Shown here in pieces: positions 1 to 8,228 of a stretch of DNA of 19,364 bases (within the stretch, counting starts at the first letter, position 1; every line of letters starts with the position of its first letter). This DNA comes from Candidatus Ratteibacteria bacterium (GTDB taxonomy: Bacteria > Ratteibacteria > UBA8468 > B48-G9 > DTJG01): the NCBI GenBank assembly GCA_049971295.1, contig JBMFLH010000033.1, positions 1-19,364 of the forward strand, in the 5' to 3' direction. The position numbers were made by a program, and so were the translations under genes. The notes under the pieces were generated by a model. That model worked only from the letters and a program-made list of their open reading frames with translations. It was not told the DNA's origin and searched no databases.

Positions 1-174
1 AGATGAAGAAATTTCAGCGTATCCATCAAAGACAACTGTAAATTTCACAGATGGGTGCTGGTTGCAGTATGCTTGCAGAAAAATAATCAGAGATAACCTG
101 TCATCAAAAATTTGTTTGCCCTGATTCCATAACCTGTGCTTGATGATATTGTTTCCATCCAGAATATAGTGCAT
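1..174 (-). CDS. YacP/Rae1-like NYN-domain RNase, N-terminal part (runs off the window edge)
   Basis: Not in the ORF track. Manual translation from ATG at 174: MHYILDGNNIIKHRLWNQGKQIFDDRLSLIIFLQAYCNQHPSVKFTVVFDGYAEISSS, open to base 1. It carries the NYN/YacP motifs hhhDGxNhh and VVFDG and starts 5 nt after the glnA2 stop. Confidence 0.75.
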   Translation of the reverse strand, partial: MHYILDGNNIIKHRLWNQGKQIFDDRLSLIIFLQAYCNQHPSVKFTVVFDGYAEISSS

Positions 175-179
175 ATAAA

Positions 180-1493
180 TCAAAGTACCGGGAAATAATT
201 TTCAATTTCATACTGGCTAACACATATCCTGTATTTATCCCATTCAATCTTCTTGTTTTCTATGAATTTTGTAAATATATGTTCGCCAAGCGCATCTCTG
301 ACAAGTTTGCTCTTTTCAGTTTCATGAATGGCTTCTATTAAACTACCAGGTAGCGTCTCTATGCTATTTTTTGTCTTTTCTTCAGCAGTCATTTCATAAA
401 TGTCGGCTTCAACAGGTTCTGGCAGTTTGAGATTTTCCTCTATCCCAGTGTATCCAGCAGCAAGAATGACTGTAAAGGCAAGATAAATGTTGCACGCGGG
501 GTCAGGACTTCTCAATTCAATGCGACTTGCGCTTTCCTTGCCGGGTTTATAGATAGGAACCCGAACAAGGGCAGAACGATTTTTTCTTCCCCAGGAAATA
601 TAAACAGGCGCTTCAAAACCAGGAACAAGCCGCTTGTACGAATTAACCCACTGATTGCAGATTGAAGTAATTTCTCTGATGTATTTTAGAATACCTGCAG
701 TGTACGACTTTGCAATGGAAGAAAGGTAATTTGGGTCTTTCTCATCAAAAAATGCATTTTTGCCGTCTTTGAAAAGGGACTGATGAATATGAAGTCCGCT
801 TCCATTATGACCGAAAAGCGGTTTTGGCATAAATGTAGCATATATACCGTGTTCAGCGGCAACCTGTTTAATCAACACCTTCAACGTTACCATCATATCA
901 GCCATTTTCAGAGCATCCGCGTACCTTACATCAATCTCGTGCTGGCTTGGAGCAACCTCGTGGTGAGCTGCTTCAACCTTCATTCCCATTTTTGCACATT
1001 GAGATACTGTTTCATTTCTCACCTGAGAACCAATGTCTGCCGGAATAAAATCAAAATATGTTGCCTGGTCAATAAGACCAGGATTTTCGGGTGCCTTAAA
1101 ATAAAAATATTCAAGTTCAGGTCCTACGTTCATTGTATAGTCGTGTTTCTTAATTTTTTCAAGATACCTTTTTAACGCGTATCTTGAATCACCATCATAA
1201 AATCTGCCTTCAGGAGTATAAATTGAGCAAAAAAATCTTACTGTTGGAAGTTTTGCCCATGGCAGCACAAGATATGTGTCTGGCTCTGGTTTCAAAATAA
1301 GGTCACTTTCGTAGATTCTTGCAAATCCCTCTATGGAGGAGCCATCAAATCCCATTCCTTCATCAAGCACCTTTTCAAGTTCATCAGTTGTTATGGTAAC
1401 TGTTTTCAGTTGTCCCAGAATATCAACAAACCACAGTTCCACAAATTGCACCCTGTCCACTTTAATCTGTTTCAAAACTTCGCTTTTATCCAT
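180..1493 (-). CDS. glnA: Glutamine synthetase type I (GSI-alpha-like), copy 2, 437 aa
   Basis: Motifs FDGSSI, GPELEYF, HHEVAPSQHEID, FMPKP, GSGLHIHQS, NSYKRLVPGFEAP, NRSALVRVP, RIELRSPDP. SD GGAGGT upstream of the ATG. Confidence 0.96.
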   Translation of the reverse strand: MDKSEVLKQIKVDRVQFVELWFVDILGQLKTVTITTDELEKVLDEGMGFDGSSIEGFARIYESDLILKPEPDTYLVLPWAKLPTVRFFCSIYTPEGRFYDGDSRYALKRYLEKIKKHDYTMNVGPELEYFYFKAPENPGLIDQATYFDFIPADIGSQVRNETVSQCAKMGMKVEAAHHEVAPSQHEIDVRYADALKMADMMVTLKVLIKQVAAEHGIYATFMPKPLFGHNGSGLHIHQSLFKDGKNAFFDEKDPNYLSSIAKSYTAGILKYIREITSICNQWVNSYKRLVPGFEAPVYISWGRKNRSALVRVPIYKPGKESASRIELRSPDPACNIYLAFTVILAAGYTGIEENLKLPEPVEADIYEMTAEEKTKNSIETLPGSLIEAIHETEKSKLVRDALGEHIFTKFIENKKIEWDKYRICVSQYEIENYFPVL

Positions 1494-1536
1494 GTTTTAC
1501 CTCCATCGGCTTATTGCGGGATATTTTGATATAATT

Positions 1537-1565
1537 ATAATAATCTATATTTTTTACGCTGGCAA
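1537..1565 (-). promoter_or_regulatory. Candidate internal sigma70 promoter for glnA2
   Basis: Minus strand TTGCCA (1565..1560), 17 nt, TATTAT (1542..1537) in the 85-nt AT-rich gap upstream of glnA2. Confidence 0.45.
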
Positions 1566-1578
1566 AAAGAGAAGCAAT

Positions 1579-2310
1579 TCAATAAGAGTATATGTTGCCG
1601 TAGGGCCTGTGGGAATAAGGAAAGATCACTGTAAATTCGTCATCAAGAAGATTGGACGGCACAACAAAAAAACTGCCAAAGTTTTCTATGTACTGTTTTA
1701 TAAATGCCTTTTCTTCATCGCTGGCAGCTCTGGTACGAACTTCCTTGCCAGGATTTTTTTCTTTAAAAGATCCCCTGATAAAAATTTTTCCTCCGTGCAT
1801 ACCAGTGCCGGTGAAAAATGTGTCAGCAAATGGATTGTCAAATAGGTTGAGCATTATAATCATTCCTCCTGCTTGATATTCGCCGAGAAAAGCACCGCAG
1901 CTGCCACCAATGACAACAACCGGAAAATCATTTTCATACGCTTTCATGTGGATACCAATTCTGTATCCGGCGTTTTTTTTCACATAAATTTCTCCGCCTT
2001 TCATAGAATGGCCAAGAATATCTCCGGCATTGCCATTCACAATAATTCTTCCTCCATTCATCGTATTCCCGCAACCATCCTGAACATTACCGTTTACAAT
2101 TATTGTCCCTGCTGATAGAAACGCACCAAGGTCATTGCCTGGAATCCCTGTGATGTGAACAGTGATATTTTTTTCAAGCCCTGCGCAGATAAACTTCTGT
2201 CCGCAGACATTATTGATTTCAATATCGTCATACCCATCATCAATGGCTGCCCGGAAAGTTCTATTCAAAACATTAAAATCCATTTTTGCGGCATCAATCC
2301 TTTTTTTCAT
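1579..2310 (-). CDS. Glutamate synthase C-terminal GXGXG beta-helix subunit (GltB3-like)
   Basis: Repeated GNDLGAFL / GNVQDGCGNTMNGG / GNAGDILGHSMKGG / GAFLGEYQAGG / GTGMHGG motifs. Start moved from 2340 to the ATG at 2310 (MKKRID), which has a GGAGGT SD at 2316..2321. Confidence 0.9.
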   Translation of the reverse strand: MKKRIDAAKMDFNVLNRTFRAAIDDGYDDIEINNVCGQKFICAGLEKNITVHITGIPGNDLGAFLSAGTIIVNGNVQDGCGNTMNGGRIIVNGNAGDILGHSMKGGEIYVKKNAGYRIGIHMKAYENDFPVVVIGGSCGAFLGEYQAGGMIIMLNLFDNPFADTFFTGTGMHGGKIFIRGSFKEKNPGKEVRTRAASDEEKAFIKQYIENFGSFFVVPSNLLDDEFTVIFPYSHRPYGNIYSY

Positions 2311-2311
2311 T

Positions 2312-3604
2312 TCAAACCTCCATACTTTCTCCAATGACAATATGTTTCCTGACCTCTTTTGGAAGCATTAAAAATCCAAAGGTTTCTTCCAGCAAATCTT
2401 TTTTGAATGCTGTCACAGGGATTTTTTCTCTTATCAGAAGGTTATAAATCCCGGCTCTATTAATATTTCCGATTAAGATACAGCCAACAATTCTGTCATC
2501 ACGAAGCACAAATTTGCGATAGTAATTATTTTCTGGTTGATATTTTTCCAGTATCTCAAAATTTTGTGATTGGGGATTTGTGATACCAAAAGAAATCGCA
2601 GGCAGACCAAAAATCTGTATAGAATTCATAGGATAAAGACCTGTGTAAGAAATTTCCTGTCCTGTCATATTGGCTCCAGCAATTTTTCCTGTTCTGGCAG
2701 CCACGACCCAGATAGGAATGAGCGCGTGTTTATTTTCAAAAAACTCAGGACATTCCGCAACATCTCCTGCTGCAAATACATCAGAAACACTCGTTTTAAG
2801 TTTATTGTCAACGATAATGCCACGTTTTACCAGAATGGAACTTTCAGTAACAATAGATGTATTGGGTCGTACCCCCACAGCAATGATAAGACATTCTGTT
2901 TCAATTCTTTTCCCGCTTTTCAGAATTACCTGCTTTATTCTTTTGTTTTCACTTTCAATTTTGATGATGGTATCGTTTCTCACAAATGCAGAATTGTGCC
3001 TTTCAAGATATGACTGAAAAATTTCAGACCCTTTTACATCCATTGCGTTTGGAAGAATCCTGTCAGCCATCTCAATTATTGTGACAGTAATTTTTCTCAT
3101 CAATAGACCTTCTGCTGCTTTTAAGCCAATAAGTCCTGCTCCAAGAATCACGCAATTATGAGAATTTACAGATTGAATGTATTGCGCAAGAGATATCGCA
3201 TCATTCATTGAATAAAAAGTAAAAATCCCCTCTATGTGATTAGAAAATCCGTCAATGGCTGGAATCCATGGCTTTGCGCCAGTTGCGATCAGAAGTTTCT
3301 TATAGCTGATTTTCTCTCCTTTTGAAACTTCTATTTCATGGTTGCGACAGTCAAGAGAAATGGCAGGCTTGTTAACAAACAGATGCGCCCTCATATCCGA
3401 ATAAAACGATTCATCCCTGAATCTGGTTTGCTGTTGTGAAATCTTTCCTCCCAGGTAATATGAAATTAATGGTCTTGAGTAATTTTCAAACGGTTCATCT
3501 GAAAGCACGAAAATTTCACCTTTTGAATCATATTCACGAATACTCTCTATGGCGTTGACGCCACAAACAGAATTACCAATAACGAGATAGTCAGTCCTGT
3601 TCAT
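2312..3604 (-). CDS. NAD(P)/FAD-dependent oxidoreductase (NirB/rubredoxin-reductase-like), probable electron donor to the modular GOGAT
   Basis: FAD-binding YLVIGNSVCG, YSRPLIS, LLIATGAKP, NAD-binding ILGAGLIG followed by acidic IEMADR, and VFAAGD. SD GGAGG. Confidence 0.88.
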   Translation of the reverse strand: MNRTDYLVIGNSVCGVNAIESIREYDSKGEIFVLSDEPFENYSRPLISYYLGGKISQQQTRFRDESFYSDMRAHLFVNKPAISLDCRNHEIEVSKGEKISYKKLLIATGAKPWIPAIDGFSNHIEGIFTFYSMNDAISLAQYIQSVNSHNCVILGAGLIGLKAAEGLLMRKITVTIIEMADRILPNAMDVKGSEIFQSYLERHNSAFVRNDTIIKIESENKRIKQVILKSGKRIETECLIIAVGVRPNTSIVTESSILVKRGIIVDNKLKTSVSDVFAAGDVAECPEFFENKHALIPIWVVAARTGKIAGANMTGQEISYTGLYPMNSIQIFGLPAISFGITNPQSQNFEILEKYQPENNYYRKFVLRDDRIVGCILIGNINRAGIYNLLIREKIPVTAFKKDLLEETFGFLMLPKEVRKHIVIGESMEV

Positions 3605-4064
3605 TGTCCTCCTTCAAAATCAGTGCTTCATTAGGGCAAATTTCAACGCAGGCAGGCTTTCCTGTTTCAAGGCAAAAATCGCACTTTGATTTTATTTTAG
3701 AAGTAGTGATATCAGGGAAAATCACTCCAAACCCACATACCATAACACACATCCAGCAGCCAACGCACAACTCTGCTCTGTATATTACCCTGCCATCCTT
3801 TTTTGTCATTGCACCGGTGATACAGCACTCAACGCACAGGGCATCTTCACAGTGTCTGCACTGAAGAGCAAAAGAAATGTGGCCTTTTTCCTCAAAAACA
3901 ATTGCGGATTCTGGTAGGGGATATTCTCCTTTGAATGCCTTAATAATATTTTTCGTTTTTGAGTGTGCAGTAATACAGGCAATCTCACACAGCCGACAAC
4001 CAATGCAGAATTCTTCCATGGCAACGATTGCGTTAATGGTTTTTCTTTTAGAATTTTTCACCAT
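3591..4064 (-). CDS. 4Fe-4S dicluster ferredoxin-like protein (DmsB/CooF-like)
   Basis: Four Cys groups: CIGCRLCEIAC, CRHCEDALCVECC, CVGCWMCVMVC, CDFC...PACVEICP. Confidence 0.92.
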   Translation of the reverse strand: MVKNSKRKTINAIVAMEEFCIGCRLCEIACITAHSKTKNIIKAFKGEYPLPESAIVFEEKGHISFALQCRHCEDALCVECCITGAMTKKDGRVIYRAELCVGCWMCVMVCGFGVIFPDITTSKIKSKCDFCLETGKPACVEICPNEALILKEDNEQD

Positions 4065-5560
4065 GCATCTCCCGCGTGTTTGATACCCAGCAGTTCAAGT
4101 TCTTTGTGATTTAATCCAATCCCTCGAAGTTGGTCTCTGTTACCCCTAAGAGATTCAATGGCATTGATTCCCATTCCGCCCATTATTTCTTTAATTTCCA
4201 GCGCCCATGCCCTGAGTAAATTGGTTAGCCTTCTTTTGCCTGCTTCAGGATTCAACCTACGGGTTAGGTACGGGTCCTGTGTTGCAATTCCCCAGTTGCA
4301 CTTTCCTGTATAACACTTCTGACATATATGACAACCCAGTGCAACAAGCGTGGCAGTTCCTATGTACACTGCATCAGCTCCAAGGGCAATGGCTTTTACC
4401 ACATCAGCACTTGACCTGATACCACCAGCAGCAATAATTGAAGCGTGATTTCTTATACCCTCCTGTCTTAACCTGCTGTCTACCGTAGCGATCGCAATTT
4501 CAATCGGTATGCCAACATGGTTTCTGATGACAACTGGTGCTGCGCCTGTTCCGCCCCTGAATCCATCGATCGTCACAAAGTCGGCGCCGGCTCGCACAAT
4601 GCCGCTTACAATGGGAGCGATATTATGGACAGCAGCAACCTTGATACCCACAGGTTTTTTGTAGTCAACGGTTTCTTTCAACGCATAGATCAATTGTTTC
4701 AGGTCCTCAATAGAATAAATGTCATGATGAGGAGCAGGGGAGATCGCATCCGTACCTTCTGGTATTTTTCGCGCTTCTGAAATGTCAGCGGTCACCTTTT
4801 CTCCTGGCAGATGTCCTCCGATGCCTGGTTTTGCACCCTGACCAATTTTTATTTCTATTGCTGCTGCTTCTTTAAGGTATCTGGCATTCACGCCGAACCT
4901 CCCAGATGCAACCTGAACAATTGTTCTTGAAACAAACTTTTTCAAACTTTCAGGCAATCCACCTTCACCTGTATTCCAGTAAGTGTTTGCTTCCCAGGCA
5001 GCAGCGGCAATGGCTTTGCAGGCATTTAGTGAAATCGACCCATAGCTCATTGCAGAAAACAAAACCGGTATTTCAGTTTCGAGCAGAACAGGAATATTTT
5101 TTTTGTTTTTTAATTGTTCGATGCTGTCTGGTTTTCTGCCTATAAAGGTCTTTATTTCCATCGGTTCTCTCAAAGGGTCTATTGAGGGGTTGGTAACCTG
5201 CGAGGCATTAAGAACAATGTGGTCAAAATAATTAATCCACGGCCTATCATTTCCCATGCCTGTTAACAGAATGCCTCCGGAATGCGCCTGCTTCATGATA
5301 TTTTTAAAATCCACCTCATTCCAGTTGAAATTTTCACGAATCTGGGAATAACACTTTTCTATGGTAAGGGCACCTGTGGGGCATATTTCTTCGCAGAAGT
5401 GACATCCCACACACCTTCTATGGTCTGAAATAATTTTCGCAAGATTCTGGTCGTAGGAGTGAGTATCATTGGCGCAAACCCTGCAACACGCCTGGCAGTG
5501 AATACACAGGTTTTCATCCCTGATAACTTTGAAATCAGGTACAATCTTTGGAATTGCCAT
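4058..5560 (-). CDS. Glutamate synthase FMN-binding subunit with N-terminal 2x4Fe-4S domain (GltB2-like)
   Basis: CIHCQACCRVC and CVGCHFCEEICP; SAMSYGS, NTGEGG, QVASGRFGV, IEIKIGQGAKPGIGGHLPGEKV, SPAPHHDIYSIEDL, DGFRGGTGA; 3Fe-4S motif GCHICQKCYTGKCNWGIATQ. Start taken as the ATG at 5560 (MAIPK) with an AAGGAG SD; the track gives 5575. Confidence 0.94.
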   Translation of the reverse strand: MAIPKIVPDFKVIRDENLCIHCQACCRVCANDTHSYDQNLAKIISDHRRCVGCHFCEEICPTGALTIEKCYSQIRENFNWNEVDFKNIMKQAHSGGILLTGMGNDRPWINYFDHIVLNASQVTNPSIDPLREPMEIKTFIGRKPDSIEQLKNKKNIPVLLETEIPVLFSAMSYGSISLNACKAIAAAAWEANTYWNTGEGGLPESLKKFVSRTIVQVASGRFGVNARYLKEAAAIEIKIGQGAKPGIGGHLPGEKVTADISEARKIPEGTDAISPAPHHDIYSIEDLKQLIYALKETVDYKKPVGIKVAAVHNIAPIVSGIVRAGADFVTIDGFRGGTGAAPVVIRNHVGIPIEIAIATVDSRLRQEGIRNHASIIAAGGIRSSADVVKAIALGADAVYIGTATLVALGCHICQKCYTGKCNWGIATQDPYLTRRLNPEAGKRRLTNLLRAWALEIKEIMGGMGINAIESLRGNRDQLRGIGLNHKELELLGIKHAGDAW

Positions 5561-6662
5561 AGGGCTCCTTTTCATAGAAACAAACAGTCATGGTTCCTGC
5601 TTTCGGTGTCCATGTCCTGTCTGGATTTTTCTCCATGCAGTAAATTGCTGATTCCTCTGAGGCAAGTAAGAAGGTGCTACCTTTTTCTGCTGCAACAAGC
5701 GGTCTTAATTTGACTCTGTCATTGATTCCCAGCATAAAATTGTTCCTGGCAACGATGATACTGAAAGGACCATTGAGAAGCGCTGGTCCATATATAATTC
5801 TGAGCCATTTGAAAAGATATTTTTCTTCATCAGAGTAATTTTCCAATTGTATCCAGAAAGGTGCCGCGATAATTTTTCCAATCATGTCAAGGGAAAGATT
5901 CTGTCTTCTACCAAGAAGGTCAAAAAGGTAAGTGATGACTTCTGTATCCGTAAATAATGAACAATAGTATCCAAAGTTTTCAAGATATCTCCGGTTGACG
6001 CCATAAGAAGATATTTCTCCATTGTGAACCACTGACCAATCAAGAAGACCAAATGGATGCGCTCCCCCCCACCATCCAACAGTATTGGTGGGAAATCTGT
6101 TGTGACCTGTCCATAGATATCCTTTGTAATTTTCTAATTTGTAAAAATCCGCTATTTCAGCCGGTTCTCCCACTCCTTTGAAAATTCCCATATTCTTGCC
6201 TGATGAAATTACATAGGCATCGTTTACATTATGATTAATCCACATACACACAGAAACAATCAAATTCTCTTCTTTCTCTAAAGGTGTGCTTTCTTTTGCT
6301 TCTAAAAAATACCTCCAGAGCACAGGAGGATTCTTGATAGATTTGATTTTTCTTGTTGGTATTTTTTCTGATAATTTCACATTGAAAAAAGTTTTGAGGT
6401 ATTGCTCCGCCTGGTCCCTGGCAGTTGCCTGATTATAAAGCAGGTGAAAACACCTATAATTTCTGAAATCTTCGTATATCCCATAGCCAGCATAGCCACT
6501 GCCAAGACCATTGCCCCTGTCTTTCATTGAGTCAATGGCTCTCACAATGATTTCTCCTGATAACAGTCTTCCATGTTTATTGAATATGCCTGCTATTCCA
6601 CATCCTGATGGTATGCGAACTTTTCTGTCATCAGAGAACTGGTAGATATTTTTGCAGTTCAT
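5535..6662 (-). CDS. Class II (Ntn) glutamine amidotransferase subunit of modular glutamate synthase (GltB1-like)
   Basis: RIPSGCGIAG (catalytic Cys), DRGNGLGSG, GHNRFPTNT, WGGAHPF, VHNGEISS, TDTEV, LNGPFS, DRVKLRP, ASEE. The ATG at 6662 has an AGGTGA SD inside the glnA1 3' end. Confidence 0.92.
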   Translation of the reverse strand: MNCKNIYQFSDDRKVRIPSGCGIAGIFNKHGRLLSGEIIVRAIDSMKDRGNGLGSGYAGYGIYEDFRNYRCFHLLYNQATARDQAEQYLKTFFNVKLSEKIPTRKIKSIKNPPVLWRYFLEAKESTPLEKEENLIVSVCMWINHNVNDAYVISSGKNMGIFKGVGEPAEIADFYKLENYKGYLWTGHNRFPTNTVGWWGGAHPFGLLDWSVVHNGEISSYGVNRRYLENFGYYCSLFTDTEVITYLFDLLGRRQNLSLDMIGKIIAAPFWIQLENYSDEEKYLFKWLRIIYGPALLNGPFSIIVARNNFMLGINDRVKLRPLVAAEKGSTFLLASEESAIYCMEKNPDRTWTPKAGTMTVCFYEKEPYGNSKDCT

Positions 6663-7953
6663 ATTCTGTCACCTGAATTCTGTAATCTTCCCATTCCTGT
6701 TTTTTTATTTTCAAAAACCTTCCAAAAATGTGTTCTCCGAGAATTTCCTTCACCAGTTTGCTTTGCTCAAGATTGGAAATTGCCTCACCAAGATTTCCGG
6801 GAAGACTTTCAATACCCATCTATTTTCGCTCAGATTCAGAAAGATGGTAAAGATTCCGGTCTATGGGAGACTTCAGGGTGTAGTCACTTTTTATACCCTG
6901 TAACCCTGCTCCAAGAAGACAGGCAAAAGTCAAATACGCATTGCACGAAGGGTCGCATGCCCTGAATTCTGCTCTGGTTGCCTGTTCTTTCCCTGGGTGA
7001 TAATATGGAACCCTGATTAAAGCAGACCTGTTTCTCTGTGACCAGGCGATGTAAACTGGCGCTTCGTACCCTGGTACCAGCCGTTTATATGAATTCACCC
7101 ATTGAGCAAATACCGCGCATATTTCTTTTGCATGAACAAGTTGCCCTGCAATAAATTTTTTTGCGGTATCAGAAAGGTGATACTGGTCTTTCGGGTCAAA
7201 AAAGGAATTTTTGCCGTCGATGAAAAGAGATTGATGGGTATGCATGCCGCTTCCATTAACACCAAAAATTGGTTTTGGCATAAACGTTGCATAAACGCCA
7301 TGCATGCTTGCTATTTCTTTAACAACCACTCTATAGGTAATGACATTATCTGCCATTTTCAGAGCATCTTCATATCTCATATCTATTTCGTGTTGAGAAG
7401 GTCCTACCTCGTGATGCGAGTACTCAACTTTTATGCCCATATTTTCAAGAGCAAGTACTGTATCCCTTCTCAGGTCTGATGCAATGTCAAGAGTGGTAAG
7501 GTCGAAGTACCCACCGGCATCTAATGTTTCGTTTGATTTATCGTTTTTCAAATAGAAAAATTCAAGTTCTGGACCCACATAGTAATGAGAAAATCCGGAT
7601 TTTTTCATTACATTAAGCATTTTCTTAAGCACAAACCTTGGGTCTCCTTCGTATGGTTTTCCACCAGGTTGCATCACATCGCATATCATTCTTGCGACAG
7701 CATGTTCTTTAGGTCTCCAGGGAAGTATCGCAAAAGTGGAAGGGTCTGGCATCGCAATCATGTCAGATTCTTCTATCCTCTGATAGCCGGTGATTGAGGA
7801 ACCATCAAAACCCATCCCGTTTTCGAGAGCTCCTTCAAGCTCTCTACTTGTGATTGCAAAACTTTTTACCTGTCCGAGAAGGTCAGTAAACCATAACCTG
7901 ACAAACCTTACATCATTTTCCTTCACCATTTTCAATACGTCTTTTGCCGTCAT
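6631..7953 (-). CDS. glnA: Glutamine synthetase type I, copy 1, interrupted by one in-frame TAG at codon 378 (6820..6822); 440 codons if read through
   Basis: ORFs 6820..7953 (377 aa) and 6631..6819 (62 aa) are contiguous and in frame: ...NLYHLSESERK-TAG-MGIESLPGNL...EYELQKYLPVL. All GS motifs are intact (FDGSSI, GPELEFF, HHEVGPSQHEID, GSGMHTHQS, KRLVPGYEAP, NRSALIRVP). The tail is collinear with glnA2. SD GGGAGG. Status (pseudogene, readthrough or error) is unresolved. Confidence 0.9.
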
Positions 7954-8095
7954 ATTCCTCCCTTTTTGTTAGAAGTTTTCACAAACGATTTTTACTCTGC
8001 CCTTGTTTTCCATTTTCTTTTCCTATGGGATTTATAAAAACCCAAAATTTCCCCTCTTAACTCTTTAAGGCAATTCAATTGTCTACTGAGACAAT

Positions 8096-8186
8096 ATCGT
8101 CGTGATTAAACTGAAAACCTTCGATGGTTTATTGAAATCTTCCTTGATGGGCTCAGGACTTCGTTGTCCGGAAATCTTCGTCACTT
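8096..8186 (-). promoter_or_regulatory. Tandem array of ANTAR-type hexaloop hairpins in the glnA1 leader
   Basis: Minus strand: GGAC-AACGAA-GTCC (8169..8156), ATC-AAGGAA-GAT (8148..8137), AAACC-ATCGAA-GGTTT (8130..8115), all with A1/G4 hexaloops closed by C-G. Degenerate flanking copies: AAGT-GACGAA-GATTT (8186..8172) and ATC-ACGAC-GAT (8106..8096). Confidence 0.7.
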
Positions 8187-8228
8187 ACCAAAATTTTTCT
8201 ATATTATGCTGTCCAATTTTTTGAAAAT

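Noticed and set aside
1505..1520. GC-AATAA-GC in the glnA2 leader as an ANTAR hairpin
   Set aside because: 2-bp stem, no G at loop position 4, no partner hairpin and no terminator.
6775..6800. Possible PYLIS/SECIS-like hairpin downstream of the glnA1 TAG (GGAAAT...ATTTCC)
   Set aside because: Only a 6-bp stem with a bulged extension, expected by chance. The codon is TAG, not TGA, and does not align to Cys, so selenocysteine is excluded.
180..7953. GS-like plus split GltB as an N-methylglutamate pathway (gmaS-mgsABC)
   Set aside because: Both GS copies keep the canonical FDGSS and G(Y/F)EAP ammonium-site motifs, and no mgd/sox-like dehydrogenase genes are present. Ordinary GS/GOGAT fits better.
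8096..8186. Hairpin array as a mini-CRISPR or MITE
   Set aside because: The units are 11-16 nt with non-identical stems and very short linkers. There are no cas genes, terminal inverted repeats or target-site duplication.
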